A program made the translations under genes and the position numbers. Below the pieces are notes generated by a model, which saw only the letters and a list, made by a program, of their open reading frames with translations, searched no databases and was not told the origin of the DNA. Shown piece after piece: positions 47,801 to 62,800 of a stretch of 64,000 bases of DNA (its first letter is position 1; each line of letters opens with the position of its first letter). Source of the stretch: Bilabrum cf. latius (Eukaryota); assembly GCA_965178125.1 (NCBI GenBank), contig OZ237749.1:682001-746000 (forward strand), written 5' to 3'.

Positions 47801-50800
47801 TGCTCAAGTTGCGCGCGACCCTGCGAATGTGTGCCTTGACGTGCTCCTGCGCTGAAGCCATGAGATCAGCAAACCCGAACTCGGGTCGGTCATACGGGAC
47901 CCACGGCATCACGCCACGGATACCTTTCCTACGAATCTCCCTTCTCCTTCTCTCAGTTTTTCGCGCTTGCAGCTCTTCCTCTGAGATGCCCTGGTCCCTG
48001 AGCTTGTCTTCCACGTCCACCATGCTGCTGTGCTCTGACGCAAGACGTACGCCGGCAGCATCGCGGCGAGGCAGCGGTCCAGACGCGCCTGATGTGATGC
48101 TGCAGGCAGGCGTTGAGATTCCAAACACGTTTCGGCTGAGCATGGGCGCCGACGGAATGGTAGCGGTCGCAGAGAGCCACCTCTACGGGTGAGGGTTCCT
48201 AAACAGCAGCCGGGGGGTCTGGCCCAGCTCATACCTATAGATCCTTGCCATAACCAAGGCCTGGCGGCCCTCGGGCGACATGGACAGCTTTCGAATGTCA
48301 ATTGAGTCCTCGTAGAACAACTGGTGATACACATTCAGCTTTTTCTCGGCGAGAGAGTGAGGCGATGCGCCGGGCATATCCGCTGGTCTTTGATGAGCAC
48401 CGAAGACGAGGTCGATCCAGTCGTGCAAGTGCTCACTCACGTAGTCGCTCTCGAGTGCCTGGCGCATGATCCGCACGAAACGAGCCGCGCTGCCGCGCGC
48501 CCACGGTGGCAGCTCGACATCACCAACTGGCGTCCCCGTGTGCTCTCTAGTCCCGAAATCAATCCCAGACCGATGTAACAGGAACGAGTGGTCGTAGTAG
48601 AACTCCGGAGTGAGTTCTCGCTGCTCTTGCGGCTGACCCTAGGACGCACTCCTCCACGAGTGCGCCACCGAGTTGAACATACGGTCCGGTTTGTCAAACT
48701 TTCCGTCGTGCAGCACAACGTGCAGCCTCAAAAATGGCTCCACTCGGAACATGTAGCCGATCACAAAGCCAGCGTTGAGGTAATGCGTTCCGTAGTTGTG
48801 CCCTCGCCCGCCCTACACGATGTCGGGGCGTACCGAGGGATCGTCTCCAGCCTCCCAGGCCATCTCGGCCATCATCTCGTAGTTTTCCCGCGTGGTTTCG
48901 ATGCCTTCAACTGCGAGTTCGCGTCGCTTTTGAGTGATTGCTCCAATTGGCAGGCTAAGGTCGCGGTAGTTCTCCGGGTCTGCGAGATCAAGCTCCTCGC
49001 TGGTAAAGTTCGAGAGAACCCAAGGCATGACCGGGTACTGGGCAAGATCCTGCAACGAACGCCCCGCAATCCTGTTCAGCCACATAAGATAATCGAAATT
49101 CGTTATTCTCTTCTGTCTCCAAGCTTCCTGCAAGAAATTCAGCGCTTGCTCTCGATCTGCTTGGCTCGCTACCACTTGTCGTACAAACGGCGGTTTTAGG
49201 CCCAGCAGGAACGAAATGAAAACATCCCGCGCCGACTTGCTAGAGAATGCAATCAACCAGGATCCGCCGCAAAATGCAGGCGGCACATCGGTTTGTCCGC
49301 TTGACTTGGAGGGGCCGGCTAGTCCCCTTGCGGGAAGGATAGGTCCGCCTGCATCGAACAGCTCCTCACCCCCCTTCCCAGACACTTGTCTAGTGAGAGG
49401 TTTCCTATCCCTGGCTGCTGCGGCACCAGATGACGCCACCACTTCGCTGTTCTGGCCTACCTCTTCAAGCGATTGGGGCCCTGCATCGGCTGGCTCTGCC
49501 GGCTCGCCGCGCGCTGCTGCGGCCGCACCTGCTGACGAGGACACGAAGAGCTCAACTGCGCGATCCTCCAGAAGAAACGTCCGTATCTCCACGGCACCAA
49601 GCACGGTTAGCGGTAAGCGCACCGGCTCTGGGACGTACAGCAGGGAGTCCCTATAGGCGCGCTTCTCGTTCTCTTCTCTCTCATGCTGCTGCTGCTGCTC
49701 AATGGCGGCGGCGCTGCGGGCGCGCCTGCTTGTTGTCCTCTTGGATTTCCTGGCTGCCTTGGGCTCGAGCTTTCCCCTCATGTCAATGTCTGAGATCACA
49801 TCGTGGGTCGAGCAGTCGACGTCCGTGGGCCACCATTCAATTGCTGCAGCACTCAGCCGGACAAGCCCGCGCGTGACACGAAGTGGCTACACAAGCTGCG
49901 TGCGCCCGCAAAAGAGGACAGTAGGCTCCGAGTCGGGATGTCGTCCCGCGCCTGGATGGCTGCTGTGCTGTTCTGCTACTCCATACCTGCCTTGAGCACG
50001 GGCATACTCCGCACCATCGACGTGATGGGCCTCTGAAGCGGAATAGGTTCGTGGCCCGGGTCCATTCTCCTTTGAACTGCCGCTTGAAGCAGTCGCACGT
50101 GCCGATCTAGAGACACCCTGACTAGAAGTTGACACTGAGGCAGCATCCGAGGCGGACTACTTTCTCGCATCTCTCTTTGTTAGTCCATAGTGCTATGCTT
50201 CAAGCATCTCTCGAGCCAGTCCAAGCCCGGTGTCTTCGTCATCTGCGTCTGCTCCGTCCTGGGCCTCCCCTTCGCTGCCCGTGGAACGAACGGCTGGCCG
50301 ATCCGAGGCCTGGGCAGACTCAGGAGCTTGCGACGTTCGCCTGCCGTGCTTTGCCCGGAGTTCTTTGGCGTTCGTTTCGATTTGCTGCAGCAATTGGTAT
50401 GCGCCACTCTCTCGAATTCTACCAGCAACGTTCTCGAGCGCTGCTGCTTCGGCCCCGCTAGCTTTCTGCGATTCTTGAGCAGATTTGTAATCGCCGGCGA
50501 TCTAGGAGTACTCGCGAGCCTTGGTATAGTCAGGGTCGCCGCGTTCCAATAGACAGGACCGCCATCTGCGCATCGTCGGGTCGAGCCTCGCATCAATCTG
50601 CCACGATTTGCTGGCGAAGCCCGACACGCCAGAGCTTCTCTGCCCGGAGCTCCTCTAGATTCCATGACCCCATGGACCGCGTTCTCTCGCAACAACTCTA
50701 AGCAACTTGCGCAGCATGCGGCTACCCTCGTGTCGCTGCTTGGTTGAGGCTTGCTTGTCAACGTGCTGAATGAGACCTGCATATTTGCGGCAAAGCTCGA

Positions 50801-53800
50801 CTAAGAACGACGAGCTCCAAAGCGAGCTAGTTTGCACGTGGCACAGCCGGAAGGCTTGTGATAGGCCTTGAGCGTCGCATGCAATGTACGTCTCCTTGGT
50901 GCGAATACACAGCAATGGAACACTGGTCGTGCTGAATGCATCACGGTCTGAAGTGGGCTCCTCAGTTCCCGTTGCGACATCGTGCTTCGAACCCATGCAG
51001 CGCAGCAGTTCAACCACAAGATTCGGGCGCTTTGGTAACGGGCTAGACTCGATGGCAGTGCTACCATCATTTCGCATAAAACCTGAAGCGTCCAGAGATG
51101 CGGCTTCCAAAGCTGCCTCAAACGAAGTCTTGGCTTGGTCACCATCTATAACAGACTGCAGCTCGGCCTCTACCTGCGCCTTGAGATCGCCGGTCGGCAC
51201 CTCAAACTTGACCTCTGCAGAAACAGAGGAAGGCAGCGATGCTCCGTGGTCAACCAGGATGGATAACATGTGTCGGACCTGCCTCGAGACTGCTTGCAGC
51301 TCGGCCTGCAACTTCCTTATTCTGGATTGCTCGCCAGGAGCCGGTCTCAGAGGGCCTGCCCCCGAAGCAGAGCATACAGGGCCGAGCTAACCAGCTTGTA
51401 CCGTCATAGCCGCAGAGACAATCACAAGCTACGATACGCATGACTGCGCAATCGCGCCGCTCCTTGGAAGCGCCTCTTTTAAGGCGGGCATCTGGCACAA
51501 CTTGCCCAATTCTACCCATAACTCGTGTAGCAGTGCCCTCAGTAGTCCCGACAAGGTTGATTCATCCTATCTCAAGTCTTGGACCTACTCTAAGGCCCTA
51601 GCTACCAGAATTGATGCAGCAAACAGCCCTCGAAGGACCCCGCACAGCAATGCAACGACCGGTACGACGCGCACAGAGCTTGTTTCTGTATCTGCGGGCG
51701 TCTCATCGCCAATCCCATGAGTCGCTTCTGCCACGACAGTGTCAGTTGCATCGCTCCCATGCGCAAGCTTGGTTGCAATGGGAAACGCGAAATCGTCTCG
51801 CATTGCTTCAACCTCTGCCCAAAGCAAAAGCCTAGTCAAGCCTTGCAGAACAATGACAAGTCTCCTGTTGCACGCAACCGGTAAGCTCACCGCGGTGGCG
51901 CCAGAGCCTGCACTGTGCGTCCGTAGTTTCTCAAATAACCACAATACTAGCACACAAATAGGCCTAACATACAGAGACCGGTCGATTGTTGCCTCCTCAT
52001 CCATGTCTGCAAGGGTCACCTCGGCAAGGTCCCAGGCTACTGTTGCATGAAAACTCGAAGAGAGCGTTCCCAATGCATCTACTAGCAGGCATGGTGTAAT
52101 ACCCTGACCATGCCGCCTTTCACCAGGAGTACCTCGAGCGCTTGTCCCAGCACTACTTCGGAAGAGTGGTGTGCTTGACCCGCTGCTCTTTCTCTTTCGA
52201 CCTAGCTCTTCTATCAAGCTGAGAACGCGACCTGAGTCAACGGACTCTGGCACACTGCCAACTGCTCCTGCCATCAGAGTCTTGGCAGCCAACTACATGC
52301 ATCTTTCCAGCTACAATATCTTTATAGGCAACGAAATAGCAACCGACATGCACGTGGCGATCATGGAGGACAAAGCGTGTAGGCACTCTGAAACGTCAGC
52401 AACGGTTGCAGAACCAGCACTATCCGCCGAATCAACAGCAAGATGTCGCTCCAATAGTCTCAGGACACACCAAGAGAAAGTCTGCACCCAGTCAGTCTTA
52501 CGAAACTCCACAAGGTTCTGGTGGGACTAATCGCACACAGTTCTGGCAAGGAACTGCATCGCTGGCTTCGCAAAGCAGAATGGCACAGAGCCCGCTGCCA
52601 CACGCGCACAGGCCAGAACGGCGGCAGGGCATACTGTAACCCCCGTTGGACTCTCCCTTTGAGATTCAATCCAGGCATACCGTTGTCTCATTGCTTCTTC
52701 AAAGCGATGGAGGCCGACCTCACGGAAATTGGACGGAAACTGCAGGATTGGCGAAGCGGTGGACGACCTGCCGCCAACAGCAGCGTCCAATAGATACAGC
52801 AAGGCAACTTGAGCAGGCAGTTCTCCAGGAGAAAATTGTGGTGCACTCTGCTGAACAGCATCCTCTAAAGCTGACGCGGCCCATGCTGAAATTTCGTGGG
52901 CATCAAAGGCGCAAAGACCGAGCGTATACTTGGCCACTCGCCCATGACCGCGCTGCCAAACCCCGACATCGCCCGGCATGCTCGCACCCCTCACCCTGTC
53001 CTGTCCGCGGAATGAAATGCCACTTGCGAACAATGCAGGTGGCTACGTCAGTAGGGCGGAATCAGTGAGGTCGGCAACAACAGCAGCGTGATCGCCAGCC
53101 GATTGTCTGCCCGACAGCTGGGCGTGCAGAGTTGCTTGAGCTATCCTATCCAGGACATGTTCAGCTACGACCGGGGCTGCAGCAAACTTTCGGTTAACGC
53201 TGCCTCTAACGTACCCCTCTTCACCAGAAATGTCGTCTGTGTTGGTCGGTGAAGCTACCTAGGTGTAACCGGCAAGATCAGATAGAGGAACGCTGACATC
53301 CAGCTGGCCCGTTTCCTGTTCTGACATGCTTCCGCTACGAAAGTTCGGTGATCGCCTGGGAGGTGGCGTGTCGATGGAATGGCGCCGTACAGGGTGGTCC
53401 TACGGATCGCTGCGCGGCGGCGTTCCATAGCTGTCATCACCGTCAAAGCTGGACCGGCCAGGCAGCCAGCCGCCCTGCGATCCTGCACCAGAATCTCGTC
53501 TTCCTATCCGTGCCATAACAGCCGCAGCAACAGGCTACGAGGCCTTTGCATCAGACTAAACTCGACGCCGCTCAAATGCATTTCGTCTTCCGCCCGCCCA
53601 TAGCACCCCGCTGCCTCCAGCCCCATCGCTGGCAAAGCTGCCAGACCCCCGTGCCAGAATTGCAGCACTCCCTGCGCTGCCAGTGCTCTCCACAGACTAC
53701 CTACGGGATGCACTAGCCATCATCGGGTCAATGTGAGACGCTATTGGATTAGGTAGGTGATGCCTAGTACCGGGTCGAGGCGCAACCCCCGTGCCTTGCG

Positions 53801-56800
53801 AGGCGAGCCTAAGGTGATAGGGAAGCTCCGTCACCACATCCTGACGCTATAGGACTGCAACTGCAGTGGCAGCAGGCGGTTCTGATGCAAATGTCCTGCG
53901 CATGCGCTCTGACAAAGATTGTATAAGGCGGTGTTGCGGTGCCGTGCGGCGCGCCAGCACAGCAAAGAGCGACTACTCCGGTACCGCCGGCGTCGGAGAT
54001 AGTGCAGCGAGACTGCTGCCGGACGGCAGACTTGAGTACCACGATACCATGTCAAGAAGCAGTGCCGATGCTTTCAAATTGATTTCCTGCGACCAGGAGC
54101 TACCACTCTTCCTTGCAGAGGATGCAATTCCGAGCAGAAGATCTGCAACTCCCATGCTGCCTTGCTGAGCCACCCGAAAGGAGAGCTCCGAAGCTGCTGC
54201 AGATAGTGCCTCGTCAAGGTTAGCAGGGGCGCGAGATGATACAGACCTCATCGATTTGCCTTCTCCTGCAAGAGTGCTAAGCTATTTGTCCTAGAGTCCG
54301 TGGAGGATGCGGTATGAATGCACCCAATCAACGGGTACTTGCCGGTTCTGTGGTACCTCTTCGAGTTTGCGAGCTCGTCCGCCAGTTGCAGACCCTAGCC
54401 TGGCTGCATTAATCGGCAGTACCGCGGCCAAGCTCATTAACCTATCGCGCCGTGGGATGCCACGCAAGCGATCTGCCGCTGACTCGTTCGTGGCCGCCTG
54501 CCACAACTGTTCAGATTGCTTTAGCCTACCACTCTACACACCTCCCATGCCAGCTTGATGCGCAGCTTTGCCAGGTGGGTCGTCAACGTACTGCCTTGCC
54601 ATGCTACTTTCGGATTTTACGTCATTTACGCTGCTGGCTTCAGACGCAGGTATGCCAAGCGCATGAACACCTCCTGCTGCTCCTTGTTCAGGCACTGATG
54701 CTTCTTGCTGCACACCTCCGAGGCGCGGTGACTGCACCGATACAGCTGCAGATTCCTTGGCTCCGCCTGGAGAATTGTTCGGATCATCAACGCGATCGAT
54801 ACCAAAAAACTGCGCCGACGTCGATGCATCCGCGGCGCTAGCAGTGCGACGATGAGAACCCCTTACGCTTGGGACCGTAGGGTGCACGACGTGCCTGCTG
54901 GCCACGCCTGCCCCCGACTACTAGCGCTAATTGTGGAACGAGCTGGTTGGCTAAAGAGGTGGTTCTCTCGCGCGAAGAGAAGAATTTGAAGAGCGATTCG
55001 GACCTAGTGATGGTTGGTGTACGTTGGCCGAGTCCACATCGGCTTGCTCCACATCCACGCTGGTGTCCAGGCACGCGGCCACCGAGGCGTAGCACGTAAC
55101 TGCTGCTGCCTTATTCTGATGTGGACCTCCTTGCAGTCGACCAATATGCGTGATAAGGAGCTGCTGTAACAGCGCCTGTACCGGCGGTGGGTTGGCCGAG
55201 GTAGCTGCATCCACTTCTTCCCTGGCTGTAGCAGCACCCTGAATGGCAGCCGTGATCTACGAATGCAGGGACTGCAGGAGGGTAACAGCGCGAAAGTTGC
55301 GCGTTCCAGGCTGTCCTTGCTTTGACTTCCTCCACAAGTACGCTAGGATTGACAGCGAGGCTGCTGCAGTGTCCACCCTGCTCTGCTGTCGGTGAGATGG
55401 GGCCGCATTTGTAGGCAGCTCATCAAGGTGCAGCGACAGAAGCGGCATAAGAACGTGCTACACAGCAAGACCGAGCTTTTCAAAGCTGGCAGAACGCACC
55501 CCGTGCTACCTTTTGGTCCACAATCCGTTTTCAATTGCTGTCTGAATGATATCGGATAACCGTGATCGGATCGCCTGCCACTCCGCGAGCTGGATCATCT
55601 CTGTTGCGTCATGATCTTCGGCCCGCCTATCGTTAAGGGGGGCTGAAGCTGGGTGAGCGTGATTTCTATCGTCACCAGCATCGCTGGCACTGTCAGGGTC
55701 GAGCATGGAAGCTCGCCCATGCTGCAGCCCGCTGGATGCGCTGCTTGCTACGGAAAATCCACTGACTGTGCTAGACACACGCGGAAGCTGTTGAATACCA
55801 GACTGCCCAGAAAATAATCTGTCGGCTTCAATTGCTGCCGGAATGCTAGGAACCCCATGTGATCCGTGCGTCTGTGCCTACTAGCTGGCCGAAATAGCAG
55901 GAGTACGAGATACCCGCGCCGACAGTGATGCAATCTTGTACGAAATGTTGGAAATTGCGCTTATGCAGTGCTTGACTGCGCCAGCCTCGATGAAATCTAC
56001 CGCGCTGGAGGCATTCTATCTAACAAAACCCCAGATCAGGTCGACTGCCTTGGCTGCAGTGCTTGGCAGTCCCTTGCACCAGATGGACGCATCGAGCAAT
56101 ACGGATCTGAGGAGAGTAGCCCGAAGCATACGCCACCACACTCTCTCTGAGTATGCAGCAGTCGTCAGGTGGCTGCCGTACTTGCCAAGAACGCCCATAC
56201 TCAAGTCCCACATGGCTTCTGCAGCGCTTGGAGAGAGAAGGGCGGAGCTCATACTGCGCACAAGATGCACTACCAGGCCCGGGCCACCGAAATGGGCCAA
56301 CCTATTTCTGTCTGCACAGCTACCAGGGTGGCTTAAGAAACCCTGCAGCAGCCTGATCGTGTCTGCTACGGGATCAAGCTACGTGACGCCGGCCAAACCG
56401 TCTCCGAATGAAACAACGCCTGCTGCAACTCGCGGACATGTCACTGGAGCTATGGCCAGCTGCGTTGAGCTGCCACTCAATAATGCATCGTCGTTCGTAG
56501 CAGCTGCAGAGCCTACACCACACACAACATGACGAGCATGAGCTGTTGCTTGGTCTCTTGAGAGGCCCCTCTTGAGCCCCTCTTGGCGGACTGTCTCGAA
56601 GTGGATGGACAGCTGACCGAGCAAGGGTACAATGACTTCGATGCCGCCGCTTGATTGCACTACGTCTCGCGCCGGCTGCCATGACACGGAGTAAGCGCCA
56701 CTGATTCCGAGTAAATGAACCCCAAGCAGAGAGGGAGGCCTTGCCATTTCCTGCTCCGATGGCTTCAACAACCCGAGGCTTGACGGTCTCGCCCCCACGT

Positions 56801-59800
56801 ACACCTCTCCGATTATGGCACCAGCCCGGGCCTCAAAGGTGGACACGGAGGACGACGACGTATTCAAAAACAGGGGGCTTTCGTGCACTGCAGGCGAGAA
56901 CACAAACATGATGTCCTCAGTGAAACCGCCACGAAGCAAAGCCAGCGATGCGCTCGTCATTCTACCCAGTCGACTCAGCTGCTCCCGCTACAGCTTGGCG
57001 CTGGCCGCCGTCTCAAGGCGCATGCCAGAAGCTTGTCGCGCGCCACCTCCTGTGAGAATATCGATTGCTTCGTCGACCTTAGAGCCACCTTCCTCCTCGC
57101 CAAAGCTGCCTTCACCGTAGCTCCCTCGACCGAAGCTGCCAGCCCTCGACCCGTCGAAGCTGTGCTTGTCCCCGTGTAATAAAGTGATTTCGTCTTGGTC
57201 GGAGTCGACCGGGAATACTATCGGTGGGATCAAAGACCTACTGGGGCCCCGTACGTCAGTTTCCGGCGGCAGCAGCATGGACCCATATTCGGGCCCAAGC
57301 GCAAATAGGCCTAGCACTTGATTCTAGTCTAGGCACCGGCGCAAAAGCATGATTGGCCCAAGACGCCCCGTCAGGTCTACAACGGCCTAAGACTTCAGAA
57401 TTCGTTCCGCAACTGCAGTGTCAGGGCTGGCCAACCTAAGGTTTGTGTTGATTCCGCCCCCAAACAGGACCTGCACCCCGGCTTGCGGCAGAGGAGGGCC
57501 TCCTTCGAGCCCATCCCCTGGCTGAATACCAAGAGAGCCTAGAGACTCTTGACCAGATTGGCCACCTAATACAACAGTGCTACGATGGGGCACCTAAGGC
57601 TGAAAATTAGGTAGTCTCATGGCTCCGGCAACAGCTGGTGACCCATCCACATATATGGTGGTCAGTCCGTCTCCACCGAACATTGTGCTGGGGCCTTGGA
57701 CGATTGTAACGTGATGCCATCTGCCAGGCTGAATGACGGGGAATTCAGTGGCCACTGACTACGGCTCTCTGCTGCGGGAATGGTGCTTGGCCGTCAAGCG
57801 CAGTGCGAGGCCTGCCCGTGGTCCAGCACTCGTGATCTCGGCCTGCAGGGTCAAGCTGCGGCCCTGCCCATCCCACATGCGCACCAAGTACGGGATGTCC
57901 CTAGACGAGAATACGAGCTCTGGAGCAGTCTCCTGTGAGTCTCCGATAGTATTCGACCTCTGCCTTGGTTCCTGCTGCTACGCATGTCGGTCGACACCTC
58001 GTGCGCCACCACGCCCAGCCCCGGATGCTGGCCCAGGTGTAGTACCAATCTGAGTGGAGTCTTCACGTGTAAAATTCGATGGCATCGTCATTCCCAAGAC
58101 CTTCGATAGCTCCGAGACGTGCTGCGATCCGCCTGCCCGCTTCGTCCCAGTGCCCGGATGATCCGGATTCACTACGCTGCCAGTCGGGGCGTGTGCCGGA
58201 AAAACGCACACCCACATGGAAAGGGTGTAACCCTCACTCACCGGCCAGTATGGCAAACCGTACGTAGCCTGGCGTCCCGACGAATCTGGCCCCTAGATGC
58301 GACGCTTCTCCTCCAGTGGTCGGCGATGCTGCGAGCCACGCTGAGACTAGCTATCAGTCTACATCTCACCGCCATCTCCCACGTAGAATGCGGCAGAAGC
58401 AGGGCTATGCGTGCTGTGGAACCGTCCACTGTCATCGTGTCGGCGGGAGTTAGGCTCACCCATTAGCCTCTCTCCATCGACTTGTTCCCTCTGCTGAATA
58501 ATCCTCTCAAGCAAAATCCTGCTCCTAGTAGACAGATGGTACTTGACAGCACTCACCGCACGAAGTCCGGCTCCTCGCTTGCCAAATACGAAGTAGGACC
58601 GGGGCGCAAGATGCATGCCGTATTCGGACACTGTTGAGCCGGTGCCCACCATGCCTTCCTAATCTAGCTCTGAAACGCTGGATCGCACCATTGCGACCGC
58701 TCCGGTCCTCGTCCTGACAGTCTGCATAGCAGGCAACAGATTCGGGCGCGGAAGCCTCGTCTCATTTCTTGACACCATGACCATCCGCCGCAGAGTCCCA
58801 ACGATTCCCCACGCACGGTTAGGCATCGTAGCCGGGCTTTGCCTGAGCATAGAAATCAGTAGTTTGAGCTGCCGAGCCGATAAAGACAAGCTGGTCAGCA
58901 TCGACACCTCGTACAAACTCGCCCTCTGGATCGCTGAATCGACAGAGGTGTCCAAATACCTCGCGATAGAATCCATGGGATGGGGAACCGCTGCTGCGAG
59001 CCTCACACGGTTCTTGAATGAGTGCGGACCTGAAATACACTTGGCCACTGTGAGTAGAAGCCATGCCTACACCATGGGATTCGACAGGCAGGCCGCTTGC
59101 ACCACGTGCATGATCCGAGAGGCGTCATGAACTGCGCCCTAGGGCGGCATCGGAAGATGCAACGCGTGGCTATTCTCCGGTAAGAGTCCATGGCCTGCCG
59201 CATCCACGGCGTCCCACCAAGACGGCTGCACAGACGCATCAAACGCTACACCGGTGGCTGCTTGCATCAACAAAAGTGCTTGCCCAAATCCAAGTCGCTA
59301 GGGAATCGCCCTTCCGAATGCAACTGACAAACTTGCCGCCTCGTACTCGTTGGCAAGCTGAACTAGCTCAAGACTTCCAGATAAACCCTAAAAACGGCTG
59401 GGTGCTCGTCTGTCTCCAGACCTAGACGATACGGCTTCTCTAACACGATCCTGCAGCCACCCATGCTTCAGCGCGGTCAGCATCGTATCTCGGATCACCT
59501 GAGCAGGTGTCGGCAAGCTGTGTCGTAGAGAGTCAAAGGGTGGCAAAGCTGGCCTGCTGGGAGAGCCAGCCGACTCTGCACCTGTACTTTGTTTACCGCT
59601 TTCATCGATCCAGCTGTTCGCCAGGCTGGCACCTCGCGCCCTGAATTTGTGCACGTCTGCCAGCACTGCGGCTATGGCGTTGCTATTTTCTAGAATATTC
59701 GTCGAGACATCACGAAGCGCTTTACCCGTAGCAGAGTCCATCCATTGCCTGGGCATTTTTTGCAAGGATTGCTTGACAGGTTTCAGACGCCACAACGGGA

Positions 59801-62800
59801 CTCCATCCTGACCTCTAGCTTGATACTGTGCAATTGGAAACGCTTCAATTGCTTGTCCTGCTTGTCCAGCGCCCGACATACTTACTTGCTGAGACCTTGG
59901 GGCTCTTGCAAGCCTTGTCAAACGCAACAACTTCTCAAAACTCGCTGGCTCAGCCGCCCCAAACATGCCCAGCATTGCGATGTCCTGCGGCTAGCAAAGG
60001 GTAGTCGCGGCAGACGCTGCAACAAAGTCGAGTCCGGCCGTGCCCTCAGCAAACCTCGCGGCTAGCAGCGAGCCCTCATGGTACGGTGCCCTAGAGTGCC
60101 CGAGGAAATCAACGTAAGCATTAAAATTGCGGCTGTATTGTGCCTCCTTGGCCCCTGTATCCACTTCAAGCCAGTGCTGAAGCGACCGCTGACTGGCGGA
60201 CACCGGTGCATGCACCAGACAAGGGCATGCGCATAGTTCTGACACATAGCTGGCCACACCATGCAGGGCACGCAGATCGGGATCCTGAGCATGCAGTTCG
60301 CGCAAATTATTGCCACTACTCGAGTCGCCGTCCTCGTCTGGCGGTATGGCAGCAAGCTTAATGCGCTCGATGGCCGGGCCTTGCTGACGCTGAGGTGTTG
60401 CTCCATGCATCGAAGAATGGCTACTATGCCCCCCTGTCGACGACCCAACTACCACCTGTTGCGAGACCACGGTAGTACACAGACGCTCCACCATTCGAAG
60501 AATCCTGACAAAGGCTCGTGAGTTTCGCGCCGCTTGCAGATGGGCTGCTCGCAGTCGGGCCACAGTCTTGCCAACTCGCATACCATCTGCTTTGGATCGA
60601 CTCGACTCAATTGCGCCCTTTGGTTCGCCCGAGGACTTCCCTGCAATATCCAAATTTTCTTCGGCGTTCCTGGTATCTAAATCCACGACTGCGTCCCTGC
60701 CCAGCTCCGCAGCAGTACTCGTCCCCGCCCTGCACATCTTCAGGTGTCTCTCCGCCATCTTGACCGACTCGATTAAGAAGCTCTCTGACGGTGATGTGTC
60801 CCGTACAAGTGCCTCTAGGCGGCCTGCCGGCGCCGTGGCCAGCAGCGGGAGCTTTACATGCAGGTCGTCGGTCCAACGGGGGATTGAGTGGAGCGCGCGT
60901 TCAGCAGCGGACTGAATGTTGGATTCGATACACCCGTCGCTACCACCGCTGAGCTGCAGTTGATTACGCCTCGCTAAAAACGCTGACAGCGGTAACGCGG
61001 AGGCACAGAACATCCGCACGCGAACAGGGGATTGCCAAGTTGATACCTCGGGGCGCGGCCGCTGCGGAGGCAGCTGACCAGCACCAGATGGCGCTAGCAG
61101 AGTTCTTGGCGGCATCATCTCGCGTTGGATTGGCCTAGTGCCTCCCGCTCTCATCGATTTCCTTGGAGACACTCGGTGTGCGGCACTATGAACGATACCC
61201 CTATGTCTCTACTGAGGAGAGGAGGGGTGTCTCTCCGCAATACCATGCTAAACATCGTCATCTTCTTCGTCCAGCTCTGGAACCCCCAGCTGAGCTAAGT
61301 GGTCACCAAATGAAGAAGTGCGACTGCCTGCCGATACCATGCGCCCGTTTCGAAGTCCAGAAATGTCCATGTTGCTAGCGCCGCTGCTTGCCCTTGATCT
61401 GGACCGCGGCCGCCGCAAGAACGACCGGCCCCGAATGGGATCTAGTGCTTCCACCAGGGGCATCCGCACAGGTTTGCACTACGATGGCCCCTGAAACGAA
61501 AATGATCCCTTGCCTGTATACCTACTCACTCTAATGGCTGTCGCTTGCAGTTTATGTAGCAGACACAAGGAAGCGTCCCCGAACTCATCGTGAGTGGCGA
61601 GTTCGACAAGCATTCGAGACAGGCGCGAATCGCGCACCGGAAAGAACCCAATGATGCCAGTCCTCGCCAGACCAGCAGGCGTTGGCAGAGCCTTTTGCTC
61701 TAGATACCACATCACTTTGCGTGCTACGTCCTGCAGCACGGCTCTCAGGCCTGCAGGCATCTCAGGGTCGCCACGAGAGCCCTGTTGCTCGGCACTGTCA
61801 AGACGTTGCGCCTGTATTCGGTAGTGTTGCTACTATAGCACAATGGTACGGTCAAGGTCACCACCTGACCCAGGTCGACCAAGCCACCTGGAAAGCAGCA
61901 GCAAGCATCCACCAAGTGCAGGCCACAGCAAATCTCGCCTCACGATAGCAAGCGACCCGTCGATAAACACGGAGCGAGCGCTTCCAGACGTGTTGATTGA
62001 GTCGGCGTATGGACTGCCTGTGGAGGCATGGGAGGCCAAGGAGCCACTCGAATCGCCTCGATTCGGGAAAGTTGCTGCCAGTGGTGAAGAAACCAAGTCA
62101 CCAGAGCCCGAGCTTGACGTGGTGGGGGCAGGCGAACGGATATAAAACGGTACAGCGCTGGCAGCCGGCGGTTCAGAAGAACCAGCAAGGCTTCCGCTGT
62201 CCTGCATTGGCCTCTATGCTATCAACTCATCGATACCAGTGCACGTTCCCAGCTCTCGCAGCACTGGCCAGGCATGCTAGTACGCTGAATACACGGGCAG
62301 CGCATTCCAGTCATCCATGGATGCATGTTCCACGCCAGAACCAGTTGAAGCAAGGGATGATTCGCCGCATGCAAAGCGCGTCGAGCCACTGTGCACAATA
62401 CCTGCGAACTCAGATGGGCCTATTCGATCGGCAAACGACATGTCTAGGAACGGGAACTCAAGCAATGAATGCAATCTGCCCAGCTAGCTGTCGCTTGGAC
62501 GCGCCGGGCAGAGCGCCAATTGTCTCAAATTCGTTCGCAGGCATCCGATGTCTCGCATGCTCTCGCGAGACCTTCCCTTCATGAGCGAATCTTCGTGGTA
62601 ACTGTTGATTTGGAAAGCAAACTCGCGCTGTCTGCCTACTAGCGTTGTGAGGATCTGGACGGCGTCGCAGTCGCGCAGGCCAGCGGAGGCTAGTTCAGGC
62701 TCTAGTAGCAGCTACCGATGCAGACTATTGGAGGTGGCACACAGAGACAAGTCGTCATCGAGGCTCAGAAACATCGAGTCCAGAAGAGTTCTAGTCAGGA

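Noticed and set aside
53255-53713. Track ORFs in a different minus frame suggesting a frameshift or intron in the BEACH gene
   Set aside because: The main frame stays open (TAG only) through this interval, while the alternative frame hits TGA near 53048.
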